A stretch of DNA of 64,000 nt from Candidatus Hydrogenedentota bacterium (lineage in GTDB: Bacteria; Hydrogenedentota; Hydrogenedentia; Hydrogenedentales; SLHB01), in contig CAXXTH010000008.1 in the NCBI GenBank assembly GCA_963668025.2, positions 64,001 through 128,000 on the forward strand. The letters are read 5' to 3'. This document shows positions 1 through 8,666 of this stretch, piece after piece. The position numbers were made by a program, and so were the translations under genes. The stretch's first letter is position 1. The number at the start of each line of letters is the position of its first letter. Under the pieces are notes generated by a model. That model saw nothing but the letters and a program-made list of their open reading frames with translations. It had not been told where the DNA came from and searched no databases.

Positions 1-74
1 ATGATCCCAGCGCGCCTGCCTTCATCGTGACGGTGCGTGGAACTGGCTACCGGTTTGAAGACGTTCCCGAGTAG
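1..74 (+). CDS. 3' end of an OmpR/PhoB-family winged-helix response regulator (5' part outside window)
   Basis: Frame from nt 3 reads DPSAPAFIVTVRGTGYRFEDVPE* (TAG 72-74), matching the terminal wing signature (I-x-T-V-R-G-x-G-Y-R-F) of OmpR-type DNA-binding domains. Not in the ORF track. Confidence 0.85.
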   Translation, partial: DPSAPAFIVTVRGTGYRFEDVPE

Positions 75-88
75 ATAGGTGCTTGGCG

Positions 89-2185
89 TCAAATGTGAGA
101 GAAAAAATGCACAGCGAATCGTGAGGCGAAAAAGATCTCACACGCCATTGTATAAGGAATTCGAAGTATATTGATGCCCAGGAGCTGTCCGGCCTTGATT
201 CGCCGGATTGAGTCCTGGCGGAAGGCGTTGAATTGGCGGCGCTTGGCCACATAACGGATCGCGGTTTCTTCGTACCCAGCGATGACCGTCTTGCTCACGA
301 ATTGCTCCGCATCGGTGACCTGCCTCCAACTCGGCGCTTGCATGTCGAAGGCCCTCAGGAAGCTTTCCACCTCCGTTTTTTTCTTCTGCAGCTTGCGCCG
401 GATTAAAAAGCTTATATGGCTGCCTGTTCCACTCATCTGGTTAAACCGTTCCATCGTGCTGGACAGCATCGTTTTGATTTCCAGGGCGGCGTCGGAGTAG
501 CGCTTCTGAAGGCCGTATTCCGCAATATGTCGCTGCGTATCAGTCCATTTCTGGCGCAATTCGGCAAGGGCGGCCCAGCGTGGATCATGAGGCTTGCGGG
601 TGAGCATCCAAATTTCCTGGAACTCGAAAAAGAGGCCAAGGTATGTCCTCAGGCCAACGTATGAGTCCTGTATGCGGCGCCAAGCATATCGGGATACGTT
701 TTCGCGCGGGAAGATTGGACGCCGGGAACGCCGCTCCTTGAGGCGGAAGACCCCAGTCGCCATTGGATGCATACCCGTCAATGTGCCGTAGCGGTACCAG
801 ATCGAAAACCCCATGACTTCCCAATAATGCTGGGACTCCGTGCGTAATAGCGCGGCAATGATGTTCTCCTTGCTGTACAGGATATGCATGGCCTCGTCAT
901 ATGCGGCGCGCCACGCTCCGTCTGGCATGAGCTTGTGCTGAAATGTCTCGTGAAGCCCGTCATAATTGTTATAGTCGCTTTCGATGGGGACGTTGTCCTG
1001 AATCATCTGCCAATGGTCGCGGGAGCCAGGAAGCGGAGTCAGCATGAACAAAGACGCTAGGTCTATTTTGAGTTGATTGCGCATATATTCAATGTCAGCG
1101 CGGACGGATTCTCGTGAATCGAATGGCATGCCGATGATGTACCCAGCATGAACCAATATGTTGTTGTGCCGCCAGGTTTCCACCATCTGCGGATACTCGT
1201 GTGTGTTATTTTGCTGTTTGCCCACCGCTTTCAAATTTTCGGGATTCACGCTTTCCATTCCAATGAACGCGAGGTAGCATCCAGCCAGAGCCGCTTTCTC
1301 CACAAAATTCGGGATACGGTATGCCTGGGTGTCCGTCTGCATCATGAACTGGATCATTATGCCCTTGCTTCTCAATGCGGCAAGCCCATCGAAGATCTCT
1401 TCCCACACGGGATTTCGTGAAAAATTGTCATCGGTGAAAAAGTACACGTGAATCCCGCGCGCCCAGTTCTCCTCAATAGCTTTTAGCACCAATGCAGCAG
1501 GCCGATGGCGCATCTTGCGCCCTTGCACATTGATGATCGTGCAAAACGAACAATTGAATGGGCACCCGCGGCTGGTATCCATTGTGGCCATGTGGCGCGT
1601 AAGAAACCGGTGCTGCATTTTTTTACTGGCGCACGGCACGGGCGCTTTCTCCAGGTCTGGCCACTCCGTGATAGCGTAGATAGGTTTCAGCGCGCCATGA
1701 AGAGCGTCACCCAGCAGCATCGCCATGACCCCTGGCGCTTCCACTTCACCTTTCACCAGCGCCACCCCGTGGTCCAAGAGACGCTGGAGTTCACACGAAG
1801 GTTTCTCGAACAGCGACAGCACGCCACTGACGTGGAACCCCCCGATCATGACCTGTACGCCTTGCTCCCGCAATTCCAGGGCAAGGTCGGAGGCGCGCAT
1901 GAATTGGTTGCTCTGCACCCCTACAAAGCCCACGACGGCCACCGCGCCGGGCCGTCGGTTGAGTTTCGCGATACGGTGAATGGGAATTCGCTGCACGGTG
2001 TCGTCGAACGCTTCTACGGTGACTTGAACATCCGGGCCCAGTTCACCCTGTTGCGCTACGCGTTCGGCCAGGCTTTCGAGACAGCCAAGGGTGTTCGACG
2101 GCAAGACGCCGCGTGCAAAGCGGACTACATAACCGTCGTCATCGTAGCGTGATGGGCGGATAAATATTACATGCAAGTGCTTCAT
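89..2185 (-). CDS. Cobalamin-binding radical SAM protein with long C-terminal helical extension
   Basis: SRGCPFNCSFC (CxxxCxxC), FFTDDNF, FIGMES, and an N-terminal B12-binding-like region (MIGGFHVSG). ATG at 2185 follows a GGGAGG RBS. Confidence 0.85.
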   Translation of the reverse strand: MKHLHVIFIRPSRYDDDGYVVRFARGVLPSNTLGCLESLAERVAQQGELGPDVQVTVEAFDDTVQRIPIHRIAKLNRRPGAVAVVGFVGVQSNQFMRASDLALELREQGVQVMIGGFHVSGVLSLFEKPSCELQRLLDHGVALVKGEVEAPGVMAMLLGDALHGALKPIYAITEWPDLEKAPVPCASKKMQHRFLTRHMATMDTSRGCPFNCSFCTIINVQGRKMRHRPAALVLKAIEENWARGIHVYFFTDDNFSRNPVWEEIFDGLAALRSKGIMIQFMMQTDTQAYRIPNFVEKAALAGCYLAFIGMESVNPENLKAVGKQQNNTHEYPQMVETWRHNNILVHAGYIIGMPFDSRESVRADIEYMRNQLKIDLASLFMLTPLPGSRDHWQMIQDNVPIESDYNNYDGLHETFQHKLMPDGAWRAAYDEAMHILYSKENIIAALLRTESQHYWEVMGFSIWYRYGTLTGMHPMATGVFRLKERRSRRPIFPRENVSRYAWRRIQDSYVGLRTYLGLFFEFQEIWMLTRKPHDPRWAALAELRQKWTDTQRHIAEYGLQKRYSDAALEIKTMLSSTMERFNQMSGTGSHISFLIRRKLQKKKTEVESFLRAFDMQAPSWRQVTDAEQFVSKTVIAGYEETAIRYVAKRRQFNAFRQDSIRRIKAGQLLGINILRIPYTMACEIFFASRFAVHFFSHI

Positions 2186-2272
2186 GGGTTTTCCTCCCAG
2201 AAACGCCTCTCCAGGCATCCGAAGCGCTGGTCCCTACTTGGCGCGGTCTCAGAACGCTCTGCTTTTCGCGCA

Positions 2273-2437
2273 TCAGAAGCCGCGAGGGAGACGCCCCAAC
2301 AGCATGAGCACCAACACGATTACAAGCACAAGCCCCAAAACGCCGCTGGGACCGTAGCCCCAGTTTCGGCTGTAGCCCCATCTGGGCAATCCGCCCACGA
2401 GCAACAGGACCACAATAATGAACAAGATCAAACCCAT
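2273..2437 (-). CDS. DUF3309-family small membrane protein (copy 1)
   Basis: MGLILFIIVVLLLVGGLPRWGYSRNWGYGPSG... matches the LPxWxYSRxWGYGPSG signature. GAGGAG RBS. Confidence 0.85.
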   Translation of the reverse strand: MGLILFIIVVLLLVGGLPRWGYSRNWGYGPSGVLGLVLVIVLVLMLLGRLPRGF

Positions 2438-2528
2438 GATAGGCTCCTCTCTTATGTTGACTCTGAACGCTTCCACTCACCGCCGTCTCTTGGCAATCAC
2501 ATGTGGCCGCGCTCTTTTCATCGATATG

Positions 2529-2582
2529 ATTTTGCCAGACTCACGTAATGTACGGGTAAAATGGAGGTAAAGCTTCAGTAAA
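2529..2582 (-). promoter_or_regulatory. 11-bp-period direct-repeat operator plus extended -10 (site A)
   Basis: + strand GGTAAA(2555)-N5-GGTAAA(2566)-N5-AGTAAA(2577). On the - strand a 20-nt gap leads to TGg-CAAAAT, upstream of DUF3309 and the radical SAM gene. Confidence 0.7.
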
Positions 2583-2665
2583 TGGCTATGCATTCACAGG
2601 CATCAATTTGGCCGGCGAATCCGCCTCGTATCTGGCGTTTGCGAAGCCGCCCGTGAGAAGACTAG

Positions 2666-2699
2666 CGCCCCTGCGCGGCGGGGGGACCGCGCAGGGGCG
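2666..2699. terminator. GC-rich hairpin, possible terminator of the upstream minus-strand gene
   Basis: Perfect 13-bp stem CGCCCCTGCGCGG / CCGCGCAGGGGCG. No strong U-tract. Confidence 0.45.
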
Positions 2700-2977
2700 G
2701 TGGTCGTGGAACCTAAACGGGCGCTAAACTCTATTATCCCGTTCGGGATACGCCCTGTATGTAAACCGGCGCACTCTCGAAAAGCGGCGCCGCCGGAGTC
2801 CTCATTTTAACGGCTAAACTTATTTACCTGGCGCATGCTTAATGGATTATTCTTCGAAGCCATAAGCATGAGTTATGTCATCGGTTACGTTTATCGCGAC
2901 GCCAGATTGAATCAATGCATGGTCCTCTGATGTTGCGCCGAGCCGCCCATGCGTCCAATCGTTCTATCGCGTTTGTT

Positions 2978-3913
2978 TCAGCGCCGATGGCTTGGCTCGT
3001 TCTTTCTCTGATGATCCGGCTGCCTGGCGTTGTCAACCGAGGCCCGTGGCTCATATGCTTTGGCTGTGCCGTCAGCTTGTGCCGATTGAATCTTCTCCGG
3101 ATTCGAGCTCTTCTCAGCAATGACCGGTTGCGTGGCGCGAATCCATCGGCCAACTTGCGCATCGAGCTTGTCGCGGATCGGAAAACCAGAGGTGAACATT
3201 TCCCGCAGATAGCTTGAATCTGTCTCGCGCGAGCCCAGCGAGCGATAAAATGCCTCCCAACGATAAGCGTCTTCCATATCGGCCCTCGCGCCGCCGGGAA
3301 GCGGCGTATAGGTATGTGGGGCCGACGCCCGTTCCGCGCTGTTCATGGGTGCGCCCCAGCGCAGTTCCGGAGGATGGTTTGGATCAAACGATAAATCATA
3401 CAGCCGCTGCTCGATGTCGAGCAGCGTCAAACGGATCTTTTCGCCATTGGAATTCATATACTCCATGCCATGCCCGGCGAACAGACGGTTCTTCTCGGCG
3501 ACCAAGGCTTGGGCGAGGTCAGCCTGGCTCCGAATGCGGTACTTCTCTAGACCGGTCATATCAATCAATCCCGGTGCGACACCGAACATACGGACGGCGT
3601 ATTCGAGCCAGTCGGCGAGGTAGAAATACTTGTTTCGCCGGTCGACATCGGATGACGGTGAACTCCACGTTTCCCACCGGCCGAACGCTTGAAAAATGTT
3701 CTCGTTGGGGCGATCCTCGGGATAGACGATCGGGCCATTGGCGCGTACATCGTTCCAAGAGTCCTGAACGAACTGTGCGCGGAACTCATAGGCTTCTAGG
3801 AGTTCGTCCACATACTCTTCCATGAACGTGAGCGGTGCGATTGAATCCACGGTTTTCATGCGCAAACGGATGAAATCATGAAAGCTTTGCGGTTTCAACC
3901 CGCCCTCGGAGAT
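2978..3913 (-). pseudogene. Hypothetical protein whose 5' region is interrupted by the IS (gene remnant, or gene starting at ATG 3859)
   Basis: Protein-like frame (ISEGGLKPQSFHDFIRLRMKTVDS...WETWSSPSSDVDRR...) runs up to the IS end at 3914. With the IS removed it stays open for about 49 codons (5742-5888) without an ATG. ATG 3859 has no clear RBS. Confidence 0.55.
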
Positions 3914-5735
3914 GAGGCATTTGCGAAATAGCGTGGTTTGCGAACGCGCGGACGGTGCGGGCACACGCGGAGCGGTTTTCGCCTGTGGCAATGGGATTAC
4001 GCCTCCGCTACGGGTGCAATAAATCATGCAGGAGGTTCGCGTGTAGGACCCTTGCGGCCCGAATGGGCATGGTTTGCCCTTGATTCGGGCCATCATTGCT
4101 TGTGCGGATTCGATGTGATCTATGCGGCGCGGGGCTGTCCGAGGAGCGAGCGCATGCGTTCTGCCTGGCCGGCTTCGAGCCATCCCAGGGCCATGCCGAG
4201 CATGACGAGGAGGGCTAATCCGGTGCGGGCGCGCATCTTTTTCATACCGCGGATGTAGTGGCGCTCGAATCCGTATGCGCCGTCGAGTCGGCTGTTGACT
4301 CGCTCGATGGCGGTGCGGTGTTTGTATTCGCGGCGCCAGGATTTGGCGCTGCGGGGCAGGGGGGTAAAGATGCGCCGGTCGATAGCGATGGGCACGCGGA
4401 CAATCCGTCCGTGTTCGGGCTGGCATCCTTGGTTGCAGAGGTCTTGCTGGGTACAGGCGCTCCCGCGTGCCTTGGCTGGGCAACGGTATTTCAAGGTTCC
4501 CCGATCTTGCTCGAATCCTTGGTAGGCCATGGAATCATAGTTGTCGCGTTCGTTTGGGGCGCCGTTACGACACCGGCAGAGGACTTCACCTCGTTCGGTA
4601 TGGAAGATCGTGTCTACCCGTTCGGGATATAAAGGGCGGGGCCGTTCCGGTTCTTCTTTCCAGGTCGCCCGGATGTCCACGATGGGCCGGATTTCATGTT
4701 CCTCGAAGAGGCCCTTGTTGTTGGCTTCGGAATCATAGCCCTTGTCGGCGCTGAGGTACTCGGCGCGTTGGACGAGTTCGGGGTGGCGCGCGTCGAGAGC
4801 CGCCACGAGGGGCAGCAGAAAGGGCGAGTCGTTGGCGCTGGCTTTCGTGACCGCGTAGCCCAGCGGCAATTCATATTTCGTGTCCACGATGAGGTGCAGC
4901 TTGTAGCCGAACCACCGTTTGACCTTCTCCCAGGGCGTGCCGTCCTTGTGAACGCCCTTGTAGGTTTTCGTGCCCCAGTCTGCGTCGCGGTCGCGCCGCC
5001 CGTCCGGCTCTTCGTTTTCCAGGACCGCGTCTTTGCGCGGAGGCTTGGCGTGGGTTTGGATGGCTTTCGAGTCTACGGCCAGACGCACCCCGAGATCCGG
5101 CAAGCGTTCCATCAGCCGGACGATGAGCGCGTCGAACATCCGGTCCACTTCTTTCCAGTGGCGCAGTAATCTGGCGAAGAACCGCGTGTACACCCATTCG
5201 GGCGGGACCGCCTTGGCGCCCCGCAACACGTCGAATCCGCACAACTGGCGCAATTGCCCGTTTCGGGCTAGTTCGCGGCGCAGGCTTTCGACGCCGTCGT
5301 GCTGGAAGACGATCCCCGCCAGTATGCTGTTCCACATCGCGCGGATAGGATAATCGTCGCGCCGCCCCTTGCGTTCGGCTTCCATCGCCCGCATCAAATC
5401 TTCATCCGGCAGCGCCGCCAGCAACAGGTTCAGCCGATCCAGATCCGACGCCGCGTCGACCTGGTTCCACGAGAACAACCCCATTTGGTGTATAATGGCC
5501 ATCGCAAACGTCTCCTTGGTGTGTGCGTGGTTATGTGGTCAACTATACTACAATCACACACGGGAGACGTTACGCCTTTTCCCGCTCGCCGAGGGCATTT
5601 GGGGTGATTTTTCACAAAAAATCCTTATTCATGCCCCCGCCAAGCCCCTTTCCCCGCATTCTCCGGGGTAGGCGCCAATTCCGCCGCTTTGTAAACCCTT
5701 GTCAATACGGATTTTCTTTATTTCGCAAATGCCTC
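3914..5735 (-). mobile_element. Insertion sequence, 1822 bp, DDE type (IS5/IS1182-like)
   Basis: Perfect 17-bp terminal inverted repeats GAGGCATTTGCGAAATA (3914-3930) and TATTTCGCAAATGCCTC (5719-5735). Flanking 6-bp direct repeat GGAGAT (3908-3913, 5736-5741). Single transposase inside. Confidence 0.93.
4120..5502 (-). CDS. DDE transposase (IS4/IS5/IS1182 superfamily)
   Basis: VDSK, GYKLHLIVD, SADKGYDS and YKHRTAIERVNSRL (Y-x2-R-x3-E signature). 460 aa, intact. Confidence 0.92.
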   Translation of the reverse strand: MAIIHQMGLFSWNQVDAASDLDRLNLLLAALPDEDLMRAMEAERKGRRDDYPIRAMWNSILAGIVFQHDGVESLRRELARNGQLRQLCGFDVLRGAKAVPPEWVYTRFFARLLRHWKEVDRMFDALIVRLMERLPDLGVRLAVDSKAIQTHAKPPRKDAVLENEEPDGRRDRDADWGTKTYKGVHKDGTPWEKVKRWFGYKLHLIVDTKYELPLGYAVTKASANDSPFLLPLVAALDARHPELVQRAEYLSADKGYDSEANNKGLFEEHEIRPIVDIRATWKEEPERPRPLYPERVDTIFHTERGEVLCRCRNGAPNERDNYDSMAYQGFEQDRGTLKYRCPAKARGSACTQQDLCNQGCQPEHGRIVRVPIAIDRRIFTPLPRSAKSWRREYKHRTAIERVNSRLDGAYGFERHYIRGMKKMRARTGLALLVMLGMALGWLEAGQAERMRSLLGQPRAA

Positions 5736-5773
5736 GGAGATGAATTGCTTTTGGATGATCTCACGAATGACAT

Positions 5774-5812
5774 CGTAAAAGGCGGGCAAAAAGCGGGTAA
5801 GGTTTTGGCAAA
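5774..5812 (-). promoter_or_regulatory. Degenerate four-copy 11-bp-period repeat (site B, weaker)
   Basis: CGTAAA(5774), GGCAAA(5785), GGTAAG(5796), GGCAAA(5807) at exact 11-bp spacing, in the same orientation relative to the downstream gene as the other sites. No -10 at the 20-nt position. Confidence 0.4.
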
Positions 5813-5931
5813 GAATTTCGTAGCCGTTGAGGTGGAAAAAAGGATGAGCGATAGCCAGCGATACCCTATTATCGAGAAAATCATTCCGTCATGGCCGTTG
5901 ATGCTAGTGTTTTCCGGACAGTAATCCGGCC

Positions 5932-7077
5932 TTATTTTTTGGAAATCCCACCCCGATCCCTGCTCCCGAAAATACCTTGAAGATTCATCTTGAGCGCTTC
6001 CGGATTGTCTGAGGCCCATTCAGCGGCTTCTTGAGTAACAAATTTCTGCTTTACTAGACTTACAAGCGCCATATTGAAGGTTTGCATACCGTCCTCCGCG
6101 CCGTCCGCGATGACATTGGGAATGCGCTCGATCTCGTTATCGCGAATCAGCGAAACAATGCCAGGAGCGTTGAACATGATCTCGACGGCGGGAATGCGGC
6201 CTTTTCCGTCGGCGGAAGGGAGGAGCCGTTGTGAGACGATAGCGCGGAGTTGCAGTGCGAGCTGCGACCTGATCTGCGCGTTCTGGTCCGGCGAGAACAT
6301 GTCCAGAATGCGGCCAATCGTCATTGTGACATTCGTAGTGTGTAGTGTACTAAAAACAAGGTGGCCGGTTTCAGCCGCTCCGAGGCACGTCTGGCATGTT
6401 TCCGCGTCACGCATCTCGCCAATTAGGATCACATTGGGATCTTCACGCAAGATGGCTCTTAGGCCCGTCTTGAAATCCTTTGTATCGATCAAGACTTCGC
6501 GCTGGCTCACGCTGCATTTTTTATCCGTGTGTAAATACTCGACGGGATCTTCGAGCGTCACAATGTGGCTTTGGTGAGTCGCGTTGATGCGGTCAATGAG
6601 CGCGGCCAGCGTGGTCGATTTTCCACTGCTTGTCGTTCCTGTGACAAGCACTAAGCCACGGGAAAAAGACGCTATGCGTTCCATCGCTTTCTTAGGTAAA
6701 TTCAACGCCCCAAAGTCTCGAATATCGGACTTGATATAACGGAGAGCCATTGCGCTGGTTCCCCGTTGCCGGTAGCAGTTTATGCGAAATCGCCCCAGGT
6801 CCGAGATGCTTACCGCAAAGTCTGTATCACCTGTCTCATGAAAGCACTGCTTCTGCTGCGGAGTCATGATTTCGTCTAGAAATCGCATCATGTCATTTTC
6901 TGTTAGCTCGCGTATTTCCGTGAATCTCAACACTCCTTCAATGCGGATGGCGGGCGGCCTAGAGACTTTCAGGTGAATATCGGAATCCCCGTTATCCAGT
7001 GCATATGCGGCAATCCGGCGCAGGGAAAGCTCTTCAATGAGCTGTTCTTTCTTTTTGAAATGATTTGGCGTATCCAA
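5932..7077 (-). CDS. pilT: PilT/PilU-family type IV pilus retraction ATPase
   Basis: SDIHL, FRINCYRQRG, Walker A GTTSSGKST, TLEDPVEY, LREDPNVILIGEMRD, AAETGHLVFSTLHT, GMQTFN. Confidence 0.9.
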   Translation of the reverse strand: MDTPNHFKKKEQLIEELSLRRIAAYALDNGDSDIHLKVSRPPAIRIEGVLRFTEIRELTENDMMRFLDEIMTPQQKQCFHETGDTDFAVSISDLGRFRINCYRQRGTSAMALRYIKSDIRDFGALNLPKKAMERIASFSRGLVLVTGTTSSGKSTTLAALIDRINATHQSHIVTLEDPVEYLHTDKKCSVSQREVLIDTKDFKTGLRAILREDPNVILIGEMRDAETCQTCLGAAETGHLVFSTLHTTNVTMTIGRILDMFSPDQNAQIRSQLALQLRAIVSQRLLPSADGKGRIPAVEIMFNAPGIVSLIRDNEIERIPNVIADGAEDGMQTFNMALVSLVKQKFVTQEAAEWASDNPEALKMNLQGIFGSRDRGGISKK

Positions 7078-7158
7078 GGGTGTTTTCCTTATTAATAGAA
7101 TGTCCTTTACCTTGCGTCTCGACTCCGGATGGGGCGGAACACCAAAGAGGGGGAGGGG

Positions 7159-7896
7159 TTACTTAAATATCTGTTTCAAGTCGTTGAAAGCACTTTCGAC
7201 CCCAACCTTGACCGTTTCCCAACGATCAGCGCTTGCTGATTTCAACTCGTTGAGCTTATTAGCGGCCACATCTAGCTTCGTTTTCGCTTCCGCGAGCTTC
7301 AGTTCGAGGTCTGTCTTGGCTTGCCCTTCAGCTTTGGCTGCGTTATCTTTCAACTCGGTATACTTTGTATTGAATTGATCCCACTCTTTCTGCATGGCGA
7401 TTTTGTATTCATCCCATTTCACTTTGGCGGCATCCGCTGCCACATTGGCCTCCTTGGTGGGTTCTTGTTTCACAACGGATATTTTTAACTCGGATACGGC
7501 ATCGGCGCCCTTTGTCGGGTGTCCAGTTACTTTAACCGTGAAATCACCCAGGGCTGCGTCCTCCGCAGCTTTGAGTGTCAGTTTCGTCTCTTTATCACCG
7601 TGTTTGATAAGGGGGCTCGCGGATTCGAGGGTCACGCCCTTAGGCAAATCGTTCAGTTTCAACGATACGTCTTCACTGAAGTTCGTTCCCCGGTCGATCC
7701 CGACGGAAGCGGTCACGGTCTCTCCCTGGTTTACTTTCATTGACGGCATGGACAAACTGAATGTGTCGTCAATCTGTCCTGTCATAGGTTTCTTGGTAGG
7801 CGGGCTTGAAGCGCCAGGGCCCCCTGAAGTACCCTGATTGCATCCCACTAGAATTATCAATACTCCAAACAAGATAACACTTAAATAGGCTTTCAT
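7159..7896 (-). CDS. Lipoprotein with beta-rich N-domain and K/A/E-rich coiled-coil C-terminus
   Basis: Lipobox ILVGC. C-terminal amphipathic helices (…LNELKSASADRWETVKVGVESAFNDLK) resemble stress-associated coiled-coil proteins. Confidence 0.7.
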   Translation of the reverse strand: MKAYLSVILFGVLIILVGCNQGTSGGPGASSPPTKKPMTGQIDDTFSLSMPSMKVNQGETVTASVGIDRGTNFSEDVSLKLNDLPKGVTLESASPLIKHGDKETKLTLKAAEDAALGDFTVKVTGHPTKGADAVSELKISVVKQEPTKEANVAADAAKVKWDEYKIAMQKEWDQFNTKYTELKDNAAKAEGQAKTDLELKLAEAKTKLDVAANKLNELKSASADRWETVKVGVESAFNDLKQIFK

Positions 7897-8028
7897 GTCT
7901 AGCCATCCTTTCTACTCATTGGGTTCCGTAAATTGGTTATTCAACAACGGACGTTAAGATGATGCCGTGGCGTGCATTCCAATCAGCGTGGAATGAATTC
8001 GCGCCACGGTAAGCGACTCCAGAAGCGT

Positions 8029-8232
8029 TCACGACTTCAGGGTCTTCACGAAATCATCGAGTTCTTTGTGCGCCTGATCCTTTTCGTAGCCATAGCGCTC
8101 CTGGAGCTTTCCAGCAAGGCGCGTGCGCTTACCGGCGATGGCGGCCAGGTCATCGTCGGTCAGTTGGCCCCACTTCTCTTTAACTTTGCCTGTAAACTGT
8201 TTCCAGTTGCCTTCGATTTGATCCCAGTTCAT
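8029..8232 (-). CDS. csbD: CsbD-family general stress protein
   Basis: MNWDQIEGNWKQFTGKVKEKWGQLTDDDL...GKLQERYG is the CsbD/YjbJ consensus. AGGAG RBS before ATG 8232. Confidence 0.93.
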   Translation of the reverse strand: MNWDQIEGNWKQFTGKVKEKWGQLTDDDLAAIAGKRTRLAGKLQERYGYEKDQAHKELDDFVKTLKS

Positions 8233-8373
8233 GATAAGTCTCCTTGAGAAAACGTTATAGCTATTCCACATGGCCGCAGCCTTATGACTACGGCGATAAT
8301 CCTTCAGATGGCTATGCCATCCTGCTTGGGAAGAAAGCCTGCGCTAACCAGAGTGCGTACAATACACTTCCCT

Positions 8374-8538
8374 CTAGAAGCCACGAGGGATATATCCCAA
8401 GAGAAAGAGCACTACCAAGATCAGCAACACCAGCCCCAATCCGCCACTGGGGCCATAACCCCAATTCCGGCTATGCGGCCAGGTGGGGAAGGCGCCAAAA
8501 AGCAGCACGATTATCACAATTAATAAAATCAGCCCCAT
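8374..8538 (-). CDS. DUF3309-family small membrane protein (copy 2)
   Basis: MGLILLIVIIVLLFGAFPTWPHSRNWGYGPSGGLG...PRGF. Paralog of 2273-2437. Confidence 0.85.
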   Translation of the reverse strand: MGLILLIVIIVLLFGAFPTWPHSRNWGYGPSGGLGLVLLILVVLFLLGYIPRGF

Positions 8539-8666
8539 GGTATGAACTCCTTTTCGAGGTGTATACCCAGTAATAGCCGCCGCCGTGAACGCCACGGCGG
8601 AAGCTATTTGACATACGACTCTGGATTTGGCGGGCAAGCCGGTTATCCGTATAAAAATGGATACCC

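Noticed and set aside
2823-2853. TTTACC followed by TATTCT as another operator site
   Set aside because: Single hexamer only, a 19-nt gap, and no credible downstream plus-strand gene.
2978-4483. 501-aa ORF from the ORF track
   Set aside because: It is chimeric. The first ~190 codons are an alternative frame inside the IS (3914-4483), and only 2978-3913 is host-gene sequence.
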